In this document: in pieces, positions 30,778 to 39,186 of the stretch | How positions within the stretch are numbered: position 1 is the first letter of the stretch | Layout: each line of letters begins with the position of its first letter | Virus record (IMG/VR): IMGVR_UViG_3300025732_000091 | Location: 1 to 40,796 of that record | Length of the DNA: 40,796 nt | DNA from: a virus | Lineage: Duplodnaviria > Caudoviricetes | Strand: one strand, 5' to 3' | The notes under the pieces: model-generated | Database searches by the model: none | What the model was told of the DNA's origin: nothing | Seen by the model: only the letters and a program-made list of their open reading frames with translations | Translations under genes and position numbers: made by a program

Positions 30778-33093
30778 ATGGCTTGGAATTCACGAAATAC
30801 GAAAAGCCTCGGCACCTCAATGGAGGGGAAGGCAGCGAACCTTGGACCCGGCTCGCCAATTGCCAATAATCCCGCCATCGCTGGAAAGGGTTATCGTGAT
30901 TCGTGGGACATTGAGCGCGCTTATCGCGAAGGAATGCAGAAGGTTACTTGGGTTAACCGATGCATTGATGCCATCGCTGGCAACCAAGCGCGACTGCCCA
31001 TCATTCTTCGCAAAGACAATGACCCCAATGGCGAAATTCTTACCCGTAAGCACGAGATACTTGACCTACTAAATAGTCGTGCCAATCAGGGCGAAAACAG
31101 TTTTATCTTCCGCTATCGGATGTCTAGTCAACTTTTGATGAGCACCCGTGGCGTCTTTATTGAAAAGATTCGTGGGCGCTCCGGCAAACTCATTGCCCTA
31201 AACCTTCTCCCACCTCAGTTCACCTCACCAATTCCCGATGCGAAAAGGTTTGTTGCTGGCTACGAAGTTCAAATGCCCACTGGTGAGAAAGTCATTGTTC
31301 CGCCCGATGATGTTCTGTGGATTCGGCGACCCCACCCGATTGACCCCTACTTGTCTTTGACTCCAATGGAGTCAGCAGGAATTGCTATTGAGATTGAGAA
31401 TCTCTCCAAACTCTATAACCGTAATTTCTTGCTTAATGATGGTCGTCCGGGTGGCTTGCTAGTTCTTCGCTCAGAGATTGATGATGATGATAAAGATGAA
31501 CTCCGAAGTCGGTTCCGAGGAAACCTGAACCGCACGGGCGCTATTACGGTCATCTCATCCGATGATGGTGCTGACTACATCGATACATCGTCATCCCCTC
31601 GGGATGCAAGTTATGTAGAAATGCGCCAGTTGACGAAGGAAGAAATTCTGGCTGCCTTTGGCGTTCCGGAATCTGTTATTGGAAATGCGGCTGGCCGAAC
31701 CTTTAATAACGCCGCTGAGGAACTTCGTGTTTTCTGGATGGAAACGATGATGCCTCACCTTGAGCAGATTGCTCGTGGTCTTGATGAACTTGATGACAAG
31801 TTTTATGTTGACTTCGAGACAGGTCAGATTCCCATTCTGATTATCGCCAAGCAAGAGCGTGAGCGTTATTCGATGGATGAATTTCAGGCTGGTCTCATCA
31901 GCGTGAATGAATATCGCAAGGTCACGGGTCGCAAGACTGTTGAGTCAGAACTTGCTGACAGTCTCCTAGTTAGTCCGAATATGGCTCCTATTGCTAACAC
32001 CGAAAAGCCGTTTGAGACCGGTCAGGTGCAACCGGTTGATATGGGCGCAGCGCCTCCGGGCGGAGCACCTCCGGCAGGGGGAGAAATGGCTGGAGCACCT
32101 GTTCCTCCCGCTGAAGGACAGGCACAGCCTCCGGGTCTTCCGATGATTGGACAAGAAGCACAGACCGTTCCAGAAGAGCAGGTAACTGGTCCGGCAACTC
32201 CAGCCGGTGAGCCGGGTCCGACTGACCAGATTGCCCCCGGCGCATCGCCTGGTCCAGAAATTGAAGCAGTCGCCCCTCCGGCTCAAGGCGCTCCTGGTCA
32301 ACTCTCAGCACGTCATGGTCGATTCGAGACCAAGATGGATACCCAAGTTATTGACGAATGGGACATCAAAGCAGAGCAGACCTCAGAACGGTGGGCTGAA
32401 ATCCTTGACCGCAACTTGGAGCGATTTTTCGAAAGACAACAACGGGTTGTCCTAGAAAAGGCACTTGGAGCAAAAGCCAAGCGACTAATGAATAGTCGTG
32501 AACTCCGTACCGATGATGTGTTTGATGAGAACATCTGGAATCGCCAACTTGCTGATGACTTAGCGCCCGTCTACTCGGCTATTGTCAATGATGCTGCTGA
32601 ACTATCATTCAGCAAATCTGGCGAACCGAATGAACTAGATGAGGAAGAGTTCAAGAGGTATGTAGCGGAGCAGGTCGCCCGCACCCAGAAGGTCAATCAG
32701 ACAACCAAGGAAGAAATTGCGGCTGCTCTCCTTGTGGCTATGGCAATTGCCAACGAAGACGAGGAAGACCGGCTCAGTATTCTTCGTGCGGCTCTTGTAG
32801 CAATCTTTGCCAACTTGCTCGGCAAGCGTCGACGATTGATTGCGGAACACGAATCTCAGACTGCCTTCAATGCTGGCGTCTATATGGCGGGAAAGCAGTT
32901 ACGGGTAACTAAAAAGACTTGGCTGACGAGGCGTGATTCGCGCGTCCGAAACGAACATCAGGTTCTTCACGGCAAGAGCGTCGGACTCGGCGAAGGATTT
33001 ATGGCTGATGGTTCAGTGCTCCGATTCCCCGGAGACCCAACAGCACCTCCGAACCTTACGATTAATTGTCGTTGCCGTCTGAAGTTCTCCTGA
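30778..33093 (+). CDS. HK97-family portal protein fused to a MuF (minor head) domain, 771 aa
   Basis: WVNRCIDAIA, NFLLNDGRPGGLL, EEILAAFGVPESVIG, GLISVNEYR; Pro-rich linker; C-terminal KTWLTRRDSRVRNEH...FPGDP...INCRCRL. Confidence 0.92.
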   Translation: MAWNSRNTKSLGTSMEGKAANLGPGSPIANNPAIAGKGYRDSWDIERAYREGMQKVTWVNRCIDAIAGNQARLPIILRKDNDPNGEILTRKHEILDLLNSRANQGENSFIFRYRMSSQLLMSTRGVFIEKIRGRSGKLIALNLLPPQFTSPIPDAKRFVAGYEVQMPTGEKVIVPPDDVLWIRRPHPIDPYLSLTPMESAGIAIEIENLSKLYNRNFLLNDGRPGGLLVLRSEIDDDDKDELRSRFRGNLNRTGAITVISSDDGADYIDTSSSPRDASYVEMRQLTKEEILAAFGVPESVIGNAAGRTFNNAAEELRVFWMETMMPHLEQIARGLDELDDKFYVDFETGQIPILIIAKQERERYSMDEFQAGLISVNEYRKVTGRKTVESELADSLLVSPNMAPIANTEKPFETGQVQPVDMGAAPPGGAPPAGGEMAGAPVPPAEGQAQPPGLPMIGQEAQTVPEEQVTGPATPAGEPGPTDQIAPGASPGPEIEAVAPPAQGAPGQLSARHGRFETKMDTQVIDEWDIKAEQTSERWAEILDRNLERFFERQQRVVLEKALGAKAKRLMNSRELRTDDVFDENIWNRQLADDLAPVYSAIVNDAAELSFSKSGEPNELDEEEFKRYVAEQVARTQKVNQTTKEEIAAALLVAMAIANEDEEDRLSILRAALVAIFANLLGKRRRLIAEHESQTAFNAGVYMAGKQLRVTKKTWLTRRDSRVRNEHQVLHGKSVGLGEGFMADGSVLRFPGDPTAPPNLTINCRCRLKFS

Positions 33094-33125
33094 TTTACTG
33101 AAAACACCTATTTACTGAAATAGGT
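33093..33125 (+). promoter_or_regulatory. Direct repeat ATTTACTGAAA x2 with overlapping hairpin
   Basis: Copies at 33093-33103 and 33110-33120; ACCTATTT-ACTG-AAATAGGT inverted repeat at 33106-33125; upstream of TATGAT and the protease RBS. Confidence 0.5.
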
Positions 33126-33189
33126 ATTCGAACTTCCCCTACAGCAAGCGAGACTGTCTTATGATTGTCTTGCTTACACGAGGTGGAAT

Positions 33190-34857
33190 ATGCCGGTTTC
33201 GGAGACTTTCAATTTCAAAGCGATGCCTGGTCAGGTTTCAATTGACGAGGCTAAGGGCATTGTTGAGTGTTTTGTTGCAGGCGTCGGCAACAAGGACAGC
33301 GTTGGCGACATCGTGCTCTCTGGCGCATTTACTGAAAGCCTAAAGCGTCGAAAGCCTCGCGTTGTGTGGGGACATGACTGGAATCATCCAATTGGAAAGG
33401 TTCTAGAGATTTATGAGGTCCCTGCTAGCGACCCTCGTCTTCCGGCGAAAATGAAGAAGGCTGGAATCGGAGGACTTTTTGCTCGGGTTCAGTTCAACCT
33501 TCAGTCCGAAAAGGGACGCGAAGCGTTTGCCAATGTTTCATTTTATGGCGAAGAGCAGGAGTGGAGTATTGGCTACAAGACGCTTGACGCTATTTATGAT
33601 AACGCTCGTCAAGCAAACCTTCTTCGTGAAGTAGAACTATATGAAGTTAGCCCTGTATTGCATGGCGCTAATCAATTGACTGGTACGATTTCAATCAAGG
33701 CTGCTTCTACTGAGGAGCCGATGGACTCCTTCAAGAAGTCCAAGTGGCCGATGTTTGACCGTGAGTTTGCAGAGCGAATAAAGAGGGATTACCCACAGAT
33801 TTGGGCGGCAGGCGGAAATATCAAGGGAAACGACCAGTACCGAATCCTCACGCAAATTGCGGAGGCGGGCGGAGTCGCAAAAAGCCAAGCACAGACCAAC
33901 GCGCTCGAATTGCGCGAAGCATGGGTGGCAAGGCACGCGGGCGACTTCAGGCTCCCCGGCGTCATCGCTCAAATCAAGTGGCTCGCGATTGGGAGCAGGG
34001 GCGAGGACTACATGAAGAATGTTGTCCGGGAAGCCATGAAGAAGCAGGACTCCAAGATGAAGGAAAAGACCTTCATAATGGAGGCATCCTACGACATGGA
34101 CGAGAAGTGCTGGAACAATCAGGAGGGCGAGAAGCCCGAAATGATGCGGGAACTAGCAAACGCGATTGGGATGCGATTCGGCGGTCCGGTTCGTATACGC
34201 CACGTGGAACCCAATTTGGTGGTTTTCGACCACATGATGAATGGCAAGCCCCAGACGATGAGAGTGGGTTGGCATTCTGAGGGTGGTGACTTCATGTTTG
34301 GTAAGCCCATCGGCGTTACCCCTCGCACCATTTATCTTCCCGAAGAAGATGGCGATGAAGAGGAACAGAAAACTCCTACTCAGAACATGTTTGATAGGCA
34401 GTACGAGGATTCTGAGGCTCCCGAGTTCGTAAAGCCAAAGACTGGTTGCGGCTGTGGTTGCGGTGGGGCAGGTAAATCCCTTGATGATGTCGTTGACGAC
34501 GTCAAATCATTCGTGGATACGCATGGCAAGGCTGGACGCGTTATTAACGCAAGCAATCTTGAAAAGTTGAGTCAGGCAATGCAGTTGCTTCAGGAAGTGA
34601 TTGCTGCTGGCGGTCGTTCCGAGATTGAGATGAAAGAAAAGACTGCAAACATCTCTGCAAATCTTGAGGACCTTTTTGAGGTGAAGCAATTGCTTGACCC
34701 CGTCTTTGAGTTCCACGGTCTTAGTGCAACAGCCAATGAGCACGGAATTGAAATCAAGGGCGTTGTTTCGGACGACGCTATTAGCGCAATCAATACGGCT
34801 CTCAGCGTTGGAAATTATGACGCCGAGTTGCTTACCGAAGATGGTTATTCCGCCTAA
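33190..34857 (+). CDS. HK97-family prohead protease with long C-terminal extension, 555 aa
   Basis: NKDSVGDIVLSGAF, WGHDWNHPIG (catalytic His), WSIGY (catalytic Ser), LYEVSPVLHGAN. Confidence 0.92.
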   Translation: MPVSETFNFKAMPGQVSIDEAKGIVECFVAGVGNKDSVGDIVLSGAFTESLKRRKPRVVWGHDWNHPIGKVLEIYEVPASDPRLPAKMKKAGIGGLFARVQFNLQSEKGREAFANVSFYGEEQEWSIGYKTLDAIYDNARQANLLREVELYEVSPVLHGANQLTGTISIKAASTEEPMDSFKKSKWPMFDREFAERIKRDYPQIWAAGGNIKGNDQYRILTQIAEAGGVAKSQAQTNALELREAWVARHAGDFRLPGVIAQIKWLAIGSRGEDYMKNVVREAMKKQDSKMKEKTFIMEASYDMDEKCWNNQEGEKPEMMRELANAIGMRFGGPVRIRHVEPNLVVFDHMMNGKPQTMRVGWHSEGGDFMFGKPIGVTPRTIYLPEEDGDEEEQKTPTQNMFDRQYEDSEAPEFVKPKTGCGCGCGGAGKSLDDVVDDVKSFVDTHGKAGRVINASNLEKLSQAMQLLQEVIAAGGRSEIEMKEKTANISANLEDLFEVKQLLDPVFEFHGLSATANEHGIEIKGVVSDDAISAINTALSVGNYDAELLTEDGYSA

Positions 34858-34878
34858 GGTAAGTAGCAGGAAAGTAAC

Positions 34879-36540
34879 ATGGACACTGAGAAATCTTTAG
34901 TGAAAATCACAAATAAGTATCACTGCATGGTGACTGGCAAAAGCCAAATGACTCCGTGTGAGGGATGCTCCAATCCAAAAGGCTGTCTCTCACGAGCCAT
35001 GCAATATAAGGAGAACGAAGAAATGGACGAAATCAACGAGAAGGCAATCGTGAAGATTGATGCCGATGGTGGTGTCGTCAAGTGCGCTAAGGGTCTCGGC
35101 TCTGGTGAGTGTGGCTATAAGGCTGGCGCGAAGGTTTGTGGTGCTTGTGGCGCTATGGCTGTCATGCAAAAGAATGACAGCGAGGGTGAGGACCTTGAGG
35201 AAAAGGGTGGCATGAAGAAGCCTATGGCTGAGGAAATGATGAACGAGGAAGAAAACCCCGAAGAAGAGATGATGGACGAAGAGTCCGACAAGACTTGGAT
35301 GATGAAGCCGACCAAGCGTTCACGTGGTCGTGCTATGTCGTCGATGGGCATGAAGTCTGCCGACTTTGATGACGATGCTTATATCTGTCAGTTGGAGCGT
35401 AAGGCTTACCCCGGTTCGTCGGACATCTGCGAGAACTGCCCCGGTGGTTGTCGCAATGAGTCAGGCATGCCCGGACTCGTTGATGTTGAAGGCGTTGCTC
35501 TTGACATCCTCGGCGGAAAGGTTCTGGATTCCGGGTACTCGTTCACGACTGACCTTTTCGTTGTTCAGGTTGAAGCCAAGGATGGCAAGACTTGGGAAAT
35601 GATTTCCGATGGTCAGTCTGGTGAAATGCTTCAACTTCAGCGAATTTCAGCCGCTGAGGCAGGAATTGAGAGCAAGTCCCTTGAGGACGATGAGTTTGAA
35701 GAGGGCGCCTACGATGTCATCACTGCGACGGATGCAGTTGACATTGCTTTGAAGTCCCTTGAGACCGAACTTGGTCTTACCGGCGATGTTGTCCGAATTG
35801 ACTCTGACATTCTTGATGACGATGATGTCTATGTCGTAGAGGTCAATGGGTCTGACGGAATGTCTTACGATGTTTTCGTCGGACTTGATGGCAACTATGC
35901 TGGTTACCAGCCTTACACTCAGGATGAAGTTGAGGAGATTGAGGCAGAGGCGGCTGAGATTGCTCTGAAGCGTGCCTACAGCGAAGAGTCGCGAATGACG
36001 CTTGCCGAAAGCGGAATGGCTATGCCTGATGGCTCGTATCCGATTAAGGATGTTGCCGACCTTCGCAACGCAATCCGTGCGTATGGTCGCGCCAAGGACA
36101 AGCCTGCCACGAAGAAGCACATCATGAAGCGCGCAGAGGCTCTTGGGGCTTCGGACCTTATTCCCGCCAACTGGATGGATGAGGGCAAGTCGCTTGACGA
36201 TGAGGTTGAGGTTAAGCGTGACTACTCAGAGGACCAGCGTATGGCGATGGCTAAGGCTGGCGAAGCCATGGAAGACGGTTCGTTCCCCATCAAGGATAAG
36301 AACGACCTCATGAATGCCATTCAGTCGCTGGGTCGTGCAAAGGACACGGAAGCCGCAAAGGCACACATCATCAAGCGTGCGATGGACCTTGGCGCCGAAG
36401 ACATGATTCCGGTCAACTGGGTTCCCAAGAAGGTTCAGACACAGTTTGCCGCCGAGAAGAGTGACGACATTCAGTTCCTGAAGAGTTTGATGGAGTTTGA
36501 AATTCTCGCCCAAGAAGTAGACATCGACAAGACACTCTGA
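34879..36540 (+). CDS. Modular acidic head-region protein: Cys-rich motifs, two PepSY-like domains, two tandem 68-aa repeats, 553 aa
   Basis: Motifs read from the translation; AGGAAAG RBS. Confidence 0.75.
   Translation: MDTEKSLVKITNKYHCMVTGKSQMTPCEGCSNPKGCLSRAMQYKENEEMDEINEKAIVKIDADGGVVKCAKGLGSGECGYKAGAKVCGACGAMAVMQKNDSEGEDLEEKGGMKKPMAEEMMNEEENPEEEMMDEESDKTWMMKPTKRSRGRAMSSMGMKSADFDDDAYICQLERKAYPGSSDICENCPGGCRNESGMPGLVDVEGVALDILGGKVLDSGYSFTTDLFVVQVEAKDGKTWEMISDGQSGEMLQLQRISAAEAGIESKSLEDDEFEEGAYDVITATDAVDIALKSLETELGLTGDVVRIDSDILDDDDVYVVEVNGSDGMSYDVFVGLDGNYAGYQPYTQDEVEEIEAEAAEIALKRAYSEESRMTLAESGMAMPDGSYPIKDVADLRNAIRAYGRAKDKPATKKHIMKRAEALGASDLIPANWMDEGKSLDDEVEVKRDYSEDQRMAMAKAGEAMEDGSFPIKDKNDLMNAIQSLGRAKDTEAAKAHIIKRAMDLGAEDMIPVNWVPKKVQTQFAAEKSDDIQFLKSLMEFEILAQEVDIDKTL
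35971..36420 (+). repeat. Two in-frame 68-aa repeats (35971-36174, 36217-36420)
   Basis: RAYSEESRM..AMPDGSYPIKD..DLRNAI..GRAKD..KKHIMKRA..LGA.D.IP.NW versus RDYSEDQRM..AMEDGSFPIKD..DLMNAI..GRAKD..KAHIIKRA..LGA.D.IP.NW. Confidence 0.9.
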
Positions 36541-36556
36541 CATTTAGGAGTTAGCC

Positions 36557-37240
36557 ATGGGTTTCAACTTTTCAGAAATCACAGGCGTTAGCGTAAAGGC
36601 TCCGGTTCCTCCGGATGCAATTCCGCAGGAGCGCATTACTGGTGATGTCCTTCGTGGATACGGTCCTCGTCGTGGCAACCTTGAGCGTCTTCTTCGTTAT
36701 TGGCGCCCCATTATGCGCCGTGAGGGCGGATTCCGTCGTTGTCGTGTAATCCTCGCTAATCACCCTGAGTTGTACCCGTTGAACAATATCTGTGCGTGGC
36801 TCCATCACGAAACAACCGGTCTTTGGCCGAATGAGGGTTGCCATCACCCCGGCATGAAGAACTGTCGTCGCAAACTTCGTGGTGTTGTCCGAGGCTCGCT
36901 CATCAGTGATTCTGAATTTGCTCAGCGCCTTTCACGCCTTCGTGGCGCAGCAAACGCTGGCAAGGGCATGGACATGATGTGGGACTCTGAGAACGATAAC
37001 TGGGACAACGAGGACGGCATGAATATGCCCGACCAACGTCCGATGGCAATTGTTGTAACTGAAGACGACCTTCAGCATGCAATCGGGGTCCTTCGTGACT
37101 TCCTTGTCATGGAGCCGAAGTTCGTTAACTTCCTCAATGATGACAATAACTGGGACCATGAGGGTGAAGACGAAGATGGCAAGATGATGACGCACCAGCG
37201 GATGTATGGAGAAAAAGATTCTGACTGTGGCTGTGGGTGA
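36557..37240 (+). CDS. Head-region hypothetical protein, 227 aa
   Basis: AGGAG RBS; GNLERLLRYW..GGFRRC..ICAWLHHETTGLWP Cys/His motif; acidic tail ending CGCG. Confidence 0.75.
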   Translation: MGFNFSEITGVSVKAPVPPDAIPQERITGDVLRGYGPRRGNLERLLRYWRPIMRREGGFRRCRVILANHPELYPLNNICAWLHHETTGLWPNEGCHHPGMKNCRRKLRGVVRGSLISDSEFAQRLSRLRGAANAGKGMDMMWDSENDNWDNEDGMNMPDQRPMAIVVTEDDLQHAIGVLRDFLVMEPKFVNFLNDDNNWDHEGEDEDGKMMTHQRMYGEKDSDCGCG

Positions 37241-37245
37241 TTTAA

Positions 37246-39186
37246 TTGTCGGAGCCTATTCCGAATAAAAGAGAATGGGTAGAGCGACGCGCTGCTCAGT
37301 TCATTGCCGATAATCCTGACCTTAGTGAGAAGGTGGGACTTATCTCATCCAGTACTGGCGCTGGTAGAGCCGCGCAGTCCGTTGGCTCCGCCATTTTACC
37401 GGGTGACCTAAGTGAGTTTCGTAGTCCTGTTCGGTCGCGCATTTATTCGGCGCTGACGCCTGGTGGGGGAATGAGAAAGCCTCGTCTAGGGAAACCCAAT
37501 GAGCGCGGATATCGCTGTCCTGAGGGATTTCAATTTGGTGGTCGATTCACTGACTCACAGTGGTCAACTTGTGGTCGACAACTGTTTGACCTTCCAAATT
37601 TGCTTCCGTCATTGATGCAACTCGCCAATGCGGCTATGAGACCGCAGGGCGGTGGTCTGGGCTATTTGAAGCCTGATGTTAATCCTCTTCGTGGGGCGCC
37701 GGTTACGGGTGAGTCTCAAATTACTCGCCGAGCCGCTGATGTTCCCCGTGTTGGCGCAATGAGCAAGCGCAGTAGGGACAATGGGATTGCAACTGCCGTC
37801 CGTGCTCTGTCCGAAAATGCGAATGCTGATTTTATGATGATTAGGCGCGACGGTTTTCCAATGCAACCTGTCGTTTCCCCCGCTGAACTTCGGAAAGTTC
37901 CTGATAACCGAAATATGGAGGATGCTGCATTCCTTCTTGCGCTGTCTAATAACACTGATTTTGGCAAGGACGAACTAGGTCTTCTTTCGAATACTGGCGT
38001 TACTTCTCTTGTCTATGTTCTGCCTAATGGTTCCGTTGTCCGGATGGATAGAACGCGCCCACTATCCGTCGGAGAGCGACGAAAACTGGGTAAGACCGTT
38101 AGTAGCGCCGAGTCAATTGACAATTCAAAAAATCCGTTGGCGCGCCTTGAGGCAGTAGTAGCCAACTCTGATGGTGCTATTTCTCTTGAAACGGATTTTG
38201 CTGGAATCAAGAACCCCGAGTCTCCGGTGCCATCAGGTCCAGATAAAGGCAAGCCTCGTTGGGCGCAGGAAGCATTCAAGGGTGGGAAGCGCAAGCCATC
38301 TACTCAAGTCCCCTCTGCGCCTATGCCCAAGGCACCTCAACAGGGTGAGTCACGAGACATTTCAAATCTAGAAGGCGCAATTGAGCACATCAATAAGGGT
38401 GGAAATCTGTCAGAGATTGACCCCACTATATTGATGGAAGCAGTTCGGCGCTCTAAGGTTTATCGTCAGAAGAAACTTAATGCTCGCCAAACGCTGTTTA
38501 CCAGAACAGACGGCGGTGTTGGCTTTACGGAAGTAACTGGCGGTCAAAAGTTTGAGCATTTGGGTGCTCATGCCTCTGGAGCCATTCAGGAACACCTCGG
38601 AATGGTTGCTCCCAAGGTTCGTCTCGTTGATTCTGGTGACTCTCGCCCATATCTTGTACAGGACAGTGCCTCACTGCTGAAAGATGGAAAGGTGCAGGTC
38701 GGTGGTCGCCTAGACGACGTCTCGGCGCAGGACCGGATGCGCCTTCTTGCTTCTGACTATCTCTTGGATGTTAGGGGTCGAAATCCATCATCTGTTTCAC
38801 GCGTTACGAATGCTGATGGGACTCGTCTGGTATCAACCGTTAATGCTCCATCGGCTTTTGTTGGTCTTTCCGCTAATGAACTGGAAAAGCGACGAAATCT
38901 TGACTTTGGAGATTTTGCCTCTTCAGATGGCAAGGTTTTGGCAGATTCGCTTAGCAGGTCGCCTGAAGAGGTCAGGCAACAAGCCTTGGACATATTGGAG
39001 TCCCTTATCCAACGGGCACGTGCCTTCAAGTGGGATGATTACATCAGCAAGTTAAAGGTTGACGGACAACTTTCTGATGCCGAAGAGCGTCATATGAAGA
39101 TTGTTCAATCTTTGTTTACACAACGGCTAGAGCGCCTTGCTCAGTCACGAGAAATGCTCTCAACAGTCATAGGGATGAAGAAATGA
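37246..39186 (+). CDS. Large head-region protein with RCPxG motif and degenerate kinase-like C-terminus, 646 aa
   Basis: Long ORF; motif at aa 88-110; start codon (TTG) uncertain. Confidence 0.75.
   Translation: MSEPIPNKREWVERRAAQFIADNPDLSEKVGLISSSTGAGRAAQSVGSAILPGDLSEFRSPVRSRIYSALTPGGGMRKPRLGKPNERGYRCPEGFQFGGRFTDSQWSTCGRQLFDLPNLLPSLMQLANAAMRPQGGGLGYLKPDVNPLRGAPVTGESQITRRAADVPRVGAMSKRSRDNGIATAVRALSENANADFMMIRRDGFPMQPVVSPAELRKVPDNRNMEDAAFLLALSNNTDFGKDELGLLSNTGVTSLVYVLPNGSVVRMDRTRPLSVGERRKLGKTVSSAESIDNSKNPLARLEAVVANSDGAISLETDFAGIKNPESPVPSGPDKGKPRWAQEAFKGGKRKPSTQVPSAPMPKAPQQGESRDISNLEGAIEHINKGGNLSEIDPTILMEAVRRSKVYRQKKLNARQTLFTRTDGGVGFTEVTGGQKFEHLGAHASGAIQEHLGMVAPKVRLVDSGDSRPYLVQDSASLLKDGKVQVGGRLDDVSAQDRMRLLASDYLLDVRGRNPSSVSRVTNADGTRLVSTVNAPSAFVGLSANELEKRRNLDFGDFASSDGKVLADSLSRSPEEVRQQALDILESLIQRARAFKWDDYISKLKVDGQLSDAEERHMKIVQSLFTQRLERLAQSREMLSTVIGMKK

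Noticed and set aside
33801-34280. 159-aa overlapping plus-strand ORF inside the protease gene
   Set aside because: Alternative frame with low-complexity R/G content, explained by local purine/GC-rich composition
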